Notes under the pieces: generated by a model
Seen by the model: only the letters and a program-made list of their open reading frames with translations
What the model was told of the DNA's origin: nothing
The model's database searches: none
Position numbers and translations under genes: made by a program
Virus record (IMG/VR): IMGVR_UViG_3300043772_000427
Span: 1 to 63,282 of that record
Reading direction: 5' to 3' (one strand)
DNA from: a virus
Taxonomy: Duplodnaviria; Caudoviricetes
Length of the DNA stretch: 63,282 bases
Part shown: in pieces, positions 1 through 9,386 of the stretch
Position numbering within the stretch: the stretch's first letter is position 1
How the letters are laid out: each line of letters begins with the position of its first letter

Positions 1-127
1 CCGGGGAGTAATTCTTTGAGCAGTTGTGCGCGTGAAATAGCCATGATTTAGCTCCTTAGATGCCAACGGCGTTAGTGAAAGCGGAAGCGCCGGGATTGAA
101 CTTAACAAACACTTCAGTGTAAGTATC
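1..127. repeat. 127-bp terminal direct repeat (copy 1); circular-assembly overlap
   Basis: Identical to 63156-63282. The repeat cuts through coding sequence, and 127 is a common assembler k-mer size. Confidence 0.95.
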
Positions 128-658
128 GGTCAATGGGGAAGCGAAACCAATAATCTTAAACGCAGCGGCAGTAGTAACTACTGTGCTTTCCAAGGCGCTG
201 GTAGAGTTACCTGTACGGGTAGAACCTGTAGAAGTAGACTGAGCAGCAGCAAAGAAAGTGTTTGCGCCAAGGGCAGCTTGAGTAACTTGACCATCCAATT
301 GAGCTTGGAAAGTCACGTTAGGGTCAGTGATAACGTATGCAGTCACCACGCCGGTTGTGCCGGAGGGATAGTACTGACCGTAAATCTGCTGGCCTTGTGC
401 GTTGATGTATGAAGCACCAACAAAAACGCCCCAAGCACCAAGACTAGAGCCACCAAGGTTGTTGGTAGTTAAGTCTGCGCCAGTAGCGGTGGACAAAGCG
501 ATATAACCGTCTGCATTAATGAGAACAACTTGGCCATAGAACAAGTTGGACGCAAGACCTGCTGGGTCAATCAGGAACTGACTCGTAGCGCCAGCATAAG
601 GCATGCCATCGTTACGATTAATGGGACGTAGCCCATAGGGAGCATTGGTAGTTGACAT
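56..658 (-). CDS. putative capsid decoration / minor head protein
   Basis: 200 aa, rich in Gly/Thr/Ala. Across the circular junction it lies directly upstream of the major capsid gene. Confidence 0.55.
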   Translation of the reverse strand: MSTTNAPYGLRPINRNDGMPYAGATSQFLIDPAGLASNLFYGQVVLINADGYIALSTATGADLTTNNLGGSSLGAWGVFVGASYINAQGQQIYGQYYPSGTTGVVTAYVITDPNVTFQAQLDGQVTQAALGANTFFAAAQSTSTGSTRTGNSTSALESTVVTTAAAFKIIGFASPLTDTYTEVFVKFNPGASAFTNAVGI

Positions 659-675
659 TTAAGTCTCCAAAAAAA

Positions 676-1131
676 TTAAGTACCTTTTCCGAAAGTGACC
701 GTGGACTTACGTTCTTTAAACATAGGCATCCTCGGATCATTTTCGCGCATGTAAGTGTTGTCTACTGACTGCATTTGTGCTTCCGCTTGATTGCGGTAGT
801 ACGCATTGCGCTGTTCAGTAAGCTCCACAGGTGTTTTGCAAAGCAACAAACCGCCCACTTGAACGCTGTCAGGAAACTTGGCATTGCCGTCAGAACCAAA
901 CATACGAATCTCAGGGTGGTCAGAAGCCCTAACGGGTTCCCAGCCTTCGCGTAACTTACCGGAAATATTGGTGGCGTCGTCTTTCCCTAACGAGGCAATC
1001 CTGATCCAGCGATACGCATAGCCTGCTTCCGGAGTAGGATCAGGCAGAAGTTGAGGGGGCATCCATTGTTTTGGGCGCTCCATCTTTTCGCGTGTATCAA
1101 GTTCGCGTGTCATACGGTTAGATTTTTCCAT
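676..1131 (-). CDS. conserved head-module hypothetical protein
   Basis: 151-aa ORF between the scaffold and decoration genes; GYAYRWIR...GWEPV motif. Confidence 0.6.
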   Translation of the reverse strand: MEKSNRMTRELDTREKMERPKQWMPPQLLPDPTPEAGYAYRWIRIASLGKDDATNISGKLREGWEPVRASDHPEIRMFGSDGNAKFPDSVQVGGLLLCKTPVELTEQRNAYYRNQAEAQMQSVDNTYMRENDPRMPMFKERKSTVTFGKGT

Positions 1132-1133
1132 AA

Positions 1134-2090
1134 TTATTTCCTCATTTCTTCAGCAACCTTACGGGCGTATAGTTCCAACGGAACTCCCAACCGCTTGGCG
1201 ATATTCACCTGTGTCTGCGTAAGCACGATCTTTTTAGGCGCTGTGCTACGGGTTGCAGGTGCAACAACGTTGGACTTAGTGCGTTGAGGTTTCGCATCAA
1301 CGGACTCTTCGGCTCCAAACTGATCCGAGAATCTTTCCCTAATGTCAGTATTGATACGTCTATAGTATTCATCACTGCCACTTGGTATTCCTTCACCTAC
1401 CAAATCTTCATGTAAGCCTAGGGCATAGGCTGTCATTCGCTTGTTGCTTCCAAACCACTGATTTTGGTCTTGCCATGCAAGTAGTTTTTCATCAACTGGC
1501 GCAGCTCTGGTGGGCTGTTGAGTGATTTGTACAGGAGTTTCTTCTTCCTGTAAAGGGGTTGGTTTAAAATTATTTACCTTATCTGCGCGAATTTTTGCAG
1601 TAGTGAGGGCTTCCTGCGCCTCAACTAACTTATCAGAATCACCAGATTCGTAAGCTTCTTTGTACATGCGCTTAGCGTTTTCTACTTCGCTAGACACTAC
1701 TTTCTTGGCTTGCTCTAATAGTGCAGTCTGGTTCTGATTAACAGACCCCTTGAGTTTTTTGTTCTCCTCAAGCACGGATTGCGCTAAACGAATAGCTTCG
1801 TCTTTTTCACGTTCCGCTGTCTCTTTTGCGCGACGTTCTTCGTGATAACCCTTGGTAAAGTGCTTGATGCGCTTTTGTACACTCTCGTCGTACTTGGCCA
1901 ACTCCTCATCTGTCACCTCTTTAGGAGGTTCAGTCATAGGTTTGCGACCACGATCTTCGGGGGGCGTGTCGTCTACGACTTCTATAACCGGTTTGTTTTC
2001 CCCCTCGACTTCAAACTCAACTTTGTCGTCAGCTTTCGCTTCTTCCTTGTTAACTTCGTCAGGGAATTTAAATTCTTCTCTTTCGGCCAT
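1134..2090 (-). CDS. putative capsid scaffolding protein
   Basis: Acidic, coiled-coil-like 318-aa protein with a short basic C-terminal helix, located between portal and capsid. AGGAG RBS. Confidence 0.65.
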   Translation of the reverse strand: MAEREEFKFPDEVNKEEAKADDKVEFEVEGENKPVIEVVDDTPPEDRGRKPMTEPPKEVTDEELAKYDESVQKRIKHFTKGYHEERRAKETAEREKDEAIRLAQSVLEENKKLKGSVNQNQTALLEQAKKVVSSEVENAKRMYKEAYESGDSDKLVEAQEALTTAKIRADKVNNFKPTPLQEEETPVQITQQPTRAAPVDEKLLAWQDQNQWFGSNKRMTAYALGLHEDLVGEGIPSGSDEYYRRINTDIRERFSDQFGAEESVDAKPQRTKSNVVAPATRSTAPKKIVLTQTQVNIAKRLGVPLELYARKVAEEMRK

Positions 2091-2100
2091 GATTTACTCC

Positions 2101-2505
2101 TTAGTTAGGGCGTTGGATACCACGGGGGTCTTGCACAACAGCCTGAATGGAGTCATCATTGATGAGTCTCCACTCTGTACCATGAATCTTCATGCGGGTT
2201 CCGGTGTTAGGACGTACTAACACAAAGTCACCAACTTTACAGCTTGGGCCAGATGGAAAACGTTTCTCGTCTTTGAACGCATCAGGGCCAATCTTCGCAA
2301 CAAACAACACGGGGGATAGAAGCTCCTCGTGGTACATAGCTGTAGCGGACTTTAAAATACCAGTCTCGCTAAACTCTTCTTCTGCCTTGGGCAACATACA
2401 CAGGATGTGGTACGTCGCTGGATCCGGCACTTGTTTGGCTTTCTCTTCGGCGGAGGTGTTGAGCACACCGCTTAGATCAACCGCACTAACATCAAATTCA
2501 GTCAT
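2101..2505 (-). CDS. groES: GroES/Cpn10-like co-chaperonin
   Basis: P..Y.IL, SETGIL mobile loop, KVGDFVL and LINDDSIQAVV match the GroES pattern. Start moved to MTEFD, which has an AAGGA RBS. Confidence 0.8.
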   Translation of the reverse strand: MTEFDVSAVDLSGVLNTSAEEKAKQVPDPATYHILCMLPKAEEEFSETGILKSATAMYHEELLSPVLFVAKIGPDAFKDEKRFPSGPSCKVGDFVLVRPNTGTRMKIHGTEWRLINDDSIQAVVQDPRGIQRPN

Positions 2506-2695
2506 CTTCATATTCCTTAGTTTTACGCACGAGGTCAGCAAGTTCATACTGCGCGGTTTGCAGACCTCGGATAGTCCCGCACAGTTCTTTGTAGTGATCG
2601 TGGGATTTAGCTCCACCAGCACTTACAACATCGACCAACTGCTTGACGTGTTCCTCAAGCTTCCCGTTCAACACTTCAAGCAAATTAGCCATCAT
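2498..2695 (-). CDS. small hypothetical protein (portal-adjacent)
   Basis: 65 aa, overlapping the neighbouring genes on both sides; YKELCGTIRGL motif. Confidence 0.7.
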   Translation of the reverse strand: MMANLLEVLNGKLEEHVKQLVDVVSAGGAKSHDHYKELCGTIRGLQTAQYELADLVRKTKEYEDD

Positions 2696-5289
2696 TCATC
2701 CTTTTTCGTAGGTTTGTTCTGCTGCATCGCAGCTCTTCTCGCGGCTTCTTCAGCGTGACTTAGTTTCTGGGCATGAACTTGCCCGCCGTGAGCCAGCTTC
2801 TGCTGATGCACTTGCCCGCCGTGAGCCATCTTCTGCTGCGCCTGAGCTTGTTGCATCATCATCTGTTGTTGTTGCTGAGCTTGCGCTTGCTGCAACTCCA
2901 TCTGTTTAGCCGCCATCTCTAGAGCATGCAACTCTTGCGCTTGAGCAATCTCTTGCTGTAGTCGCATCGCAGCCAACGCTGGATCCTCGCCAACTCTAGC
3001 TGCGCTCTCTTGTGCCTTGAGTGACAACTCTTCAGCCTTGAGCTGCAAGTCACCCTTGACCTTAAGCGCTTTGATATCAGCTTCTTGTTTCTTGATCTGC
3101 AGTTCAGCTTGCTGCATCTGAATGATCGGATCTTGAGCCTGCGCCATCGCTTGCTGCTGAGCTGCCTTGGCTTTATCCATCTGCAAGAGCTGCGTCGCGG
3201 CCTGCGCCACAAGTTTAGACACCTGCACTTCAACGTTGTTATCAAGCTGTGCATCTGGTGCTGGCAATGTTGCACCCAACTGCTCTTGAACTTTCTGACG
3301 GTACGAGAACGCCAAGTGCTCCGCAACGTGGGCCATGATCGCGCCCTGCATCTGCTGAGCCATAGGGCTCTGACCAATCTGGCCCATGATCATGGGGTCC
3401 TGCATCATGCTGGTATGAACAGCAATGTGTGCATCGTGGTCTTGGTGGATGAACGCTTTTGTAGGTTTACCAGTCAGGAACGACATGTTCTCCGACACGG
3501 GGTCGCGTGGGGTCTGGTCATCATCAATGGGCACTAACTTATCTGCGTTCTTGATGCCAAGCACCTCGATCATCTGTCTGTGAAGTTGCGGCAAGTCATA
3601 GATCTGTGGAGCACCTTGAGCCAACTGAATCACAGCCTGATACTGCATGATGCGCTGAGCCATCGTTGCACTGTTGGGATCTGACACAGGAATCACTGAC
3701 ACCATGTCGTAGTCAGCTTGCTTCGCTTTTCTATCACCCTCAACTGGATCGAAGCTGTACTCTGGCGGAGTGTGATCACGAATGATGTCACGCAGGAGCT
3801 GAAACTCTTGCTTCATGCTGTAGTGAACACGAGCCTGAACTGCAGACATTGTCTTGAGCTGACGCTCCAAGAGAGCTAGCGTTGTACCGACAGGTGCGTT
3901 AGCAGACATATCGCTGATGTTCATATCAGCAATAGAACCCAGACGACGGCCTTCTTCTGTTATGCGGTCAAGCAACCCCGCCAAAACTTGACTTGGCTCT
4001 TTGTACGGCAGGGGCATGATGTTGTCACGCACTGAACCTGACGGCACATCTACATCACGGAACTCACCGGGGTTGATCGGCGTGTCATCTCCCTTGATAC
4101 GCAAGCCGCGTGCTTTAAGGCCGCCGGGCAAGTTACTCAGTGTGCCCGCATCAACAAGTTGTCGAATCAGGGACGTACCAGCACGGGCGTAGCCACCGAT
4201 CAAGTGAATCAAACCTAGACCATAAGCACCAAAACCGGGGACGTATGTGTACTGCACAAAGTGCTGGCGCTTTAACTTGCGCTTGTCATCTTCTTCCCAG
4301 TTGCGGCGAATAGCCAGAACTGTGTTTGTGCCACGCTCGATTGTGATGATATACGGCAGAGCGATACCATCTTCATCTTCATAACCGGGCAGGTCGTAGT
4401 CGATGTGCACTTCCAAGACTTGGTAGCGGTCATCGTCCGTCAGTGAGTAACCCTGATCCTCGGCTTTCTTCTTCTCCACATCTGTGTGGATCGAGACAGG
4501 CTCACCCAAATCTTCATCAACGTAGAAGCCTGCAACCTGCAACTTCTTCATCTCATTTTTGGTCTTACGCATCACATGCGTGAGTCGTTCAGCAGTGGCC
4601 GCGCTCGATGCACCGTAAGGTATGATGATGTCTTCAGCGGGGATGAACATCGCAATCTGACGATCAAGCGATGGGTCAAAATAAACTTTCTTGAATGCCG
4701 CGCCCGCGAGACCTAGGTTGTATAACATGCGCTCATGTTCTGGGCGATACTCAGTCATCACCTCGGTGAGCTGATAGTTCATGTCATCTCTTACACGCTC
4801 AGCCGCCTGCTCTTTAAGTTTATCAATTGCGCCGACGATCTCGGTTTTGACCGGACCCTGAGCAGGGAACGTTTCAATGATAGTCTCGCTTTGGAACCGT
4901 ACAGCAGCTTCTGTGAGTACCGTTGAGAAAACACCGCAAGCACCGAGCCACGGTTCAGTACGCTCTTCATACTTCATCCCCAAAACATCAAGACCTTTGA
5001 CATACATATCAACCCACTCTTTGCGGGAGTTAATGTCAGCATCTACCATCTCAATAATGTCGCTTGCTACTTTCGCCAGCTCGCTCTTATCCATGTCTTC
5101 TGCTAAGTTAGCATCAAAGTCCTCGGCCTTTTCCTCGGGCATCAAGTCAATCTCCATGCCGTCTAGTCCGATGCGAACACCCTCGGGATCCTCAATCTCT
5201 ATCTCAATCACGGGCTCATCACCCATATCTTCCAATGCACTTAAACCCAGCGGGGCTTGCGACAGTGAGGGAACCATATTCGTAGCCAT
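2692..5289 (-). CDS. portal protein (P22-like) with Gln-rich C-terminal barrel
   Basis: 865 aa directly after the terminase; EAAVRFQ, GAAFKKVYFD, YGLGL motifs; long Q/A-rich coiled-coil tail. Confidence 0.9.
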   Translation of the reverse strand: MATNMVPSLSQAPLGLSALEDMGDEPVIEIEIEDPEGVRIGLDGMEIDLMPEEKAEDFDANLAEDMDKSELAKVASDIIEMVDADINSRKEWVDMYVKGLDVLGMKYEERTEPWLGACGVFSTVLTEAAVRFQSETIIETFPAQGPVKTEIVGAIDKLKEQAAERVRDDMNYQLTEVMTEYRPEHERMLYNLGLAGAAFKKVYFDPSLDRQIAMFIPAEDIIIPYGASSAATAERLTHVMRKTKNEMKKLQVAGFYVDEDLGEPVSIHTDVEKKKAEDQGYSLTDDDRYQVLEVHIDYDLPGYEDEDGIALPYIITIERGTNTVLAIRRNWEEDDKRKLKRQHFVQYTYVPGFGAYGLGLIHLIGGYARAGTSLIRQLVDAGTLSNLPGGLKARGLRIKGDDTPINPGEFRDVDVPSGSVRDNIMPLPYKEPSQVLAGLLDRITEEGRRLGSIADMNISDMSANAPVGTTLALLERQLKTMSAVQARVHYSMKQEFQLLRDIIRDHTPPEYSFDPVEGDRKAKQADYDMVSVIPVSDPNSATMAQRIMQYQAVIQLAQGAPQIYDLPQLHRQMIEVLGIKNADKLVPIDDDQTPRDPVSENMSFLTGKPTKAFIHQDHDAHIAVHTSMMQDPMIMGQIGQSPMAQQMQGAIMAHVAEHLAFSYRQKVQEQLGATLPAPDAQLDNNVEVQVSKLVAQAATQLLQMDKAKAAQQQAMAQAQDPIIQMQQAELQIKKQEADIKALKVKGDLQLKAEELSLKAQESAARVGEDPALAAMRLQQEIAQAQELHALEMAAKQMELQQAQAQQQQQMMMQQAQAQQKMAHGGQVHQQKLAHGGQVHAQKLSHAEEAARRAAMQQNKPTKKDE

Positions 5290-5297
5290 ATCTATCC

Positions 5298-6803
5298 TTA
5301 GTAGTACGCAGCTTTCTTGCTGCGAAAATATCTTTCTTCTTCAGGCTCGTCGCTTGGCAAGCGAATAAACCCGCCTTGTCTAAACCGCATGAGCGCTAGT
5401 GTTGTTGAGTCAACCAAGTCATCATTTGTGCCCGACGGAAAGTCGTTGCATTCTTCAATAACTTCTCTTGCCCATCTGCGATCCGGTGCAAACACCACTC
5501 CACCTTGGAACAGTGCAGAAACCGCGTTCACCCGTGCGATCTTATCTTGTCCTTTACCCGGAGTAAACTCTCCGACAGGCACGCCCATCCGTCTAAACTC
5601 TTGGTAAAGCGCCGAGCCGTTGGACTTCTTCTCAACAATAAACACATCAGGCTCCCACTCTTTGTACTCCTCAAGCACCAAGGCTTTAAGGTCTGGGTAC
5701 TCCAGTCGCTTCTTAATTGAGTTGAGCAAAATAATCGCGTAGTTGTTTGTCTCTTCGTTAAAGAACACACCCCACACAGTCAGAGCGTTGTAGTCAGCCC
5801 TGTTGTTAGATTCCTGCGCCGCGTCAAGACTCATAATCGTAAACTCGCACTGAGGCGGGTCGTCCTTTTCCCAAATCTGCCACCACTCCCGTTTGAGTAG
5901 TGCGCCTTCTTCAGAGACAGGGTTCTGCATGTACTGGGCCTGCCAATACCGGGGGTCCATACCTGCCTTTTTACCCAGTAATTCTTCAAGCGACCAAAAG
6001 TCACCCCACAGCGGCTTTTCATTCAAAATGGCAGGGAACTCTACAATCTCCCACTGGTCAACATCTTCCTCTTTGGCCATCTGGTTCACGATCATTCCGG
6101 TTAAGTCAAGTTTTGACCACCTTGTCATTACTATAATGATAGAGCCACCCGGCATAAGACGCTGGAGAGGGCCAGACTGAAACCACTCCCAAGCAGGAAG
6201 AAATACGTCCGGTCGCCCAGTCTTAGCTTCTTGTTCCGAATGAGGGTCGTCAATAATAAATAGATCAGCGCCACGACCAGCAAGAGCGCCTCCGACACCA
6301 ATAGCAAAGTATTCTCCGTTGAAATTTGTGCCCCAACGTGACGCAGACTTACTGTCAGCTTGCAATTCGATCTGCGGAAACACGTCCCGATACGACTCAG
6401 AACCCACCAAATTACGCACTCTACGGCCAAAATTCACGGCTAAATCAGCCGTGTGAGAGGCCATAATGATCTTTTTATGCGGGTATTTACCTAGAAACCA
6501 CGCCGGTGCAAGGTAAGAAATCATCTCTGACTTACCGTGACGGGGGGCAATGTTCACAATAACCCGTCTTTTCTTACCATTTGCAATGTCTTCGAAGATT
6601 TTGGCTAGTCTTTTGTGGTGTGGACCCACTTTATAGCCCGGATATACGTGGTCAATGAAGGTTAAGAAGTCATCTTTACCCACTTCTTGCACGGATTCAC
6701 TGTCGTACGTCTTCAAAAGCTCCAAAGTATGGATTTTTTGCTCCAACGGCATCGTTGGAAGCGCGTCTTTGATGGCTTTTAGCTGTTCAGGCGTTATCTT
6801 CAC
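5298..6803 (-). CDS. terL: terminase large subunit
   Basis: Walker A (IAPRHGKSE), Walker B (LFIIDDP), VMTRW motif III, RNase-H-like nuclease residues (SLDAA...DDLVDS). Confidence 0.95.
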   Translation of the reverse strand: MKITPEQLKAIKDALPTMPLEQKIHTLELLKTYDSESVQEVGKDDFLTFIDHVYPGYKVGPHHKRLAKIFEDIANGKKRRVIVNIAPRHGKSEMISYLAPAWFLGKYPHKKIIMASHTADLAVNFGRRVRNLVGSESYRDVFPQIELQADSKSASRWGTNFNGEYFAIGVGGALAGRGADLFIIDDPHSEQEAKTGRPDVFLPAWEWFQSGPLQRLMPGGSIIIVMTRWSKLDLTGMIVNQMAKEEDVDQWEIVEFPAILNEKPLWGDFWSLEELLGKKAGMDPRYWQAQYMQNPVSEEGALLKREWWQIWEKDDPPQCEFTIMSLDAAQESNNRADYNALTVWGVFFNEETNNYAIILLNSIKKRLEYPDLKALVLEEYKEWEPDVFIVEKKSNGSALYQEFRRMGVPVGEFTPGKGQDKIARVNAVSALFQGGVVFAPDRRWAREVIEECNDFPSGTNDDLVDSTTLALMRFRQGGFIRLPSDEPEEERYFRSKKAAYY

Positions 6804-7356
6804 TGCGGATTACCTTGGCCTGTACATCAATTGTGCGTTTTTCCAGCTTAGCAAGCGTCTCAAGCAGTTCTTTTTCCACTTCTTCAAGGGATTGCTGCTT
6901 GTGAGTGACTTCAGTGCGCTTTTTAAATGCATCAACACCGTCTACATCACCTAATGCCTTGATTGCACCGAGTCTGACGGTACTGTTTGGGTTCTCTGTT
7001 TCGGCAACGAGCTTGTTGACAACGTACAACTTGAAGTCTGCCAGCTCCCGCACGATCATGTGGTCGTACTCAGCCACCATACCGGCAAGATATGCAATGG
7101 TTTCGTTAGGGTACTTGGCTAAATCGGGTGTTGTTTTATTAGCAACAACCTTTTCCATCAACTCAAGGGCTTGGCCTCGGTTCTCAGGGGTAGGTTCTAT
7201 GGGAGTCCCATTCAAATCAGAGATCATTTTGACCGTGCGGGCACGCATCTCAATCTCTTCCTTTGGGGAAAGAGGGGGCATAGCCTCGGTGGCTGAGGCT
7301 GGTAGCGGAATATCCGCTTCAACATTAGGCATCATCTGCATAAGAGGGAATCGCAC
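6787..7356 (-). CDS. putative terminase small subunit
   Basis: About 185-aa helical protein overlapping the terL start; first gene of the late arm. Exact start uncertain. Confidence 0.55.
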   Translation of the reverse strand: MRFPLMQMMPNVEADIPLPASATEAMPPLSPKEEIEMRARTVKMISDLNGTPIEPTPENRGQALELMEKVVANKTTPDLAKYPNETIAYLAGMVAEYDHMIVRELADFKLYVVNKLVAETENPNSTVRLGAIKALGDVDGVDAFKKRTEVTHKQQSLEEVEKELLETLAKLEKRTIDVQAKVIRSEDNA

Positions 7357-7655
7357 TCCTATAAAAGTCAGGTACTAGCCGCTCAATCGCTAGCTTTCGG
7401 AAAAAGTCTTTGCACAGCTTTCCCTGAGAAATAAATATACCACATATTTGTAAAGGGTGGTAGGAATCCTACCCGGGGGGTGTTCCTATATTGAGGGGGT
7501 GGGGTAAACCCTAGACGCTTTTATTTTTACTTGGGATGCTGGGAATGGTTGGGGGAATACGTGGTGGTTTGTGTAAGTCTTAGAGTATAGGGGAACACGG
7601 GAGTCCCAAAGTCTCTTGTGGGGGTCGGGTATGGGTGGGTCGACCCCGCCAGAAC

Positions 7656-7685
7656 TTTACTTTTAACCATGGGATCAGCTATAAC
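7656..7685 (+). promoter_or_regulatory. early promoter P1 (TTTACT-N18-TATAAC)
   Basis: Same layout as 8464-8493 and 9304-9333. Followed by a leader hairpin, an AGGAG RBS and the ATG at 7731. Confidence 0.7.
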
Positions 7686-7730
7686 AGAACCATGCAGAGC
7701 AATAGTGCTGTGCTGTAACAGGAGAGATAA

Positions 7731-7919
7731 ATGTTTAAAGCATTATGGGTTTGGTTGACGCACTACAAGGTTGTAGTGCAGTGGGAAGACAAGTTGTGTG
7801 TTCACTATGCATACACAATGAACGAAGCGCTGAGTTGGTCAGCTCAGTATCGTACCGACAACACGACAGTGCTGATCGGCATCAGGGGCAAGCTAGTCGC
7901 GGCACGCGGCGCTTGGTAA
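7731..7919 (+). CDS. early hypothetical protein
   Basis: 62 aa with AGGAG RBS, between a promoter and a hairpin. Confidence 0.75.
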   Translation: MFKALWVWLTHYKVVVQWEDKLCVHYAYTMNEALSWSAQYRTDNTTVLIGIRGKLVAARGAW

Positions 7920-7922
7920 CAC

Positions 7923-7946
7923 GAGGGGCTTCGGCCCCTCTTCTTT
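7923..7946 (+). terminator. probable intrinsic terminator
   Basis: GAGGGGC-TTCG-GCCCCTC followed by TTCTTT. Confidence 0.7.
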
Positions 7947-7962
7947 AACTTAGGAGAGAGTA

Positions 7963-8148
7963 ATGCAACAGTCAAACTTAGACGCCGTGCATCAGGTCAT
8001 AGTTGATGCAGTTCAAATGTGGGCCAGTGGATTAACTACTGACAACGAACTTTGTGAAGCGCTTCATGGAATCCACTTAGGTTTCTCGGAGCACAGAAAC
8101 AATATGTCCGAACTGATAGACCCAAACACTGGGCTTCGGTACAAATGA
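7963..8148 (+). CDS. early hypothetical protein
   Basis: 61 aa with TAGGAG RBS. Confidence 0.7.
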   Translation: MQQSNLDAVHQVIVDAVQMWASGLTTDNELCEALHGIHLGFSEHRNNMSELIDPNTGLRYK

Positions 8149-8339
8149 CAGTCGGACAGACCAACATATGGCGTAAGCATGTGATGGTTGCTATGCGGGA
8201 GGCGCTACATCAGCGCCGACCTCTTAGTGTCCTACCTAGTCGGTATGAGTTCTTTAAGAAGGCTAGGGAACAAGTGGCTCGCGCAACGTTTTGCGCAAAG
8301 CTAGATGGTGATGAGTACAGCAGGCTCAAGAACCGCTGA
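8145..8339 (+). CDS. early hypothetical protein (basic)
   Basis: 64 aa, ATGA overlap with the upstream gene, ends just before a terminator. Confidence 0.65.
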   Translation: MTVGQTNIWRKHVMVAMREALHQRRPLSVLPSRYEFFKKAREQVARATFCAKLDGDEYSRLKNR

Positions 8340-8341
8340 CC

Positions 8342-8369
8342 AGAGGAGGCTTCGGCCTCCTCTTTTTTT
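8342..8369 (+). terminator. intrinsic terminator
   Basis: AGAGGAGGC-TTCG-GCCTCCTCT plus a T tract. Confidence 0.9.
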
Positions 8370-8381
8370 GTGCCCCGAGAA

Positions 8382-8493
8382 TTGATACCAGTTATTTGTC
8401 GTCGCGGGCGTTAAGCGTGCGCGAGTCAAGCGGATCACTTAGCGTTTCACACCCCGCTGAAACTTTACTTTAGACCCTAGGGTCAGCTATAAC
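8382..8493 (+). repeat. structured intergenic element E1 plus promoter P2
   Basis: TTGATACCAGTTAT box, GC hairpin, CAAGC, TTTCA-N8-TGAAA, TTTACT-N18-TATAAC. Aligns without gaps to 9222-9333 (840-bp offset). Confidence 0.9.
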
Positions 8494-8555
8494 TATTACA
8501 TCAGATAGACAATTCGGTCTGTCTGATATTTCAAAATGCTTTATTAGGAGATATT

Positions 8556-9164
8556 ATGTCTAAAGCAAAACAAGTGGCCCCTTCATTGGGTTCTGTCAAC
8601 GTCACTTCTATGAAGGACGCAGGTTATCAGTCAGCGATCAGCGATGAACGTAAAGACAGCGTAGCGCGCTATGTATATGCGCAATGTCCCAACTTCACCA
8701 ATGAAGTCAGCGATGAAGTTAAAACCCAACTTCGCGCAGGTTGGGCATTACGTTGGCAAGAGTTGAACCCAGCGAAAAGTTATAACGACAGTTGGATTCC
8801 CGTAGAGAATGGCTCTTATGTAATGACTGTTGATGTTTGCTTCAGTTACAGTCAGCAGGCCTTTGGTCAGTTGAAAGAGGCTGACCCAGTCAAGCATGGC
8901 ATTATCAAGGGTGTACGCGATGCCTTCAACAAATACTGTTTTAATCGCATGGCTGACCTAAAGTCAGCGGTACGCAAAGTAGAGAATGAGGGCAAGCCTA
9001 AAGTGAAAGCGCCTACTAAGGGTTTCACGCAATACATTGACGAGACATTCAAGTCAGTCAAGGCCAGAGCCAAGACAGCAAAAGCAAGGGGTGACGATTC
9101 AGCACCTGATGAAGTTAAATTGCGCATGGCCATCGATGCCTTCCACAATACTCTAAGCAAGTAA
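8556..9164 (+). CDS. early hypothetical protein, paralog A
   Basis: 202 aa with TAGGAG RBS; shares long identical blocks with 9387-9980. Confidence 0.9.
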   Translation: MSKAKQVAPSLGSVNVTSMKDAGYQSAISDERKDSVARYVYAQCPNFTNEVSDEVKTQLRAGWALRWQELNPAKSYNDSWIPVENGSYVMTVDVCFSYSQQAFGQLKEADPVKHGIIKGVRDAFNKYCFNRMADLKSAVRKVENEGKPKVKAPTKGFTQYIDETFKSVKARAKTAKARGDDSAPDEVKLRMAIDAFHNTLSK

Positions 9165-9174
9165 CATTGCACCG

Positions 9175-9209
9175 ACCTAGTCAGCCGAAAGGTTGGCTAG
9201 GTTTTTTTT
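9175..9209 (+). terminator. intrinsic terminator
   Basis: ACCTAGTCAGCC-GAAA-GGTTGGCTAGGT plus a T tract. Confidence 0.9.
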
Positions 9210-9221
9210 CGCCTGTACCTT

Positions 9222-9333
9222 TTGATACCAGTTATTTGTCGACGCGCGTGCTTCGTGCGTGTTTGCCAAGCGCATGGTTTACCGTTTCACGCCTCGCTGA
9301 AACTGTACTTATGTGTCTTGTATCGGGTATAAC
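9222..9333 (+). repeat. structured intergenic element E2 plus promoter P3
   Basis: Second copy of the E element, ending in TGTACT-N18-TATAAC. Confidence 0.9.
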
Positions 9334-9386
9334 TTAATCACCAGATGACACGGTGTTGTCTGGATTAACGCTTACTTGGAGATACC

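Noticed and set aside
8382-8395. TTGATACCAGTTAT as an FNR or IHF site
   Set aside because: The second half-site does not match ATCAA, and the upstream YAA required by the IHF consensus is missing in the two copies checked (E1, E2).
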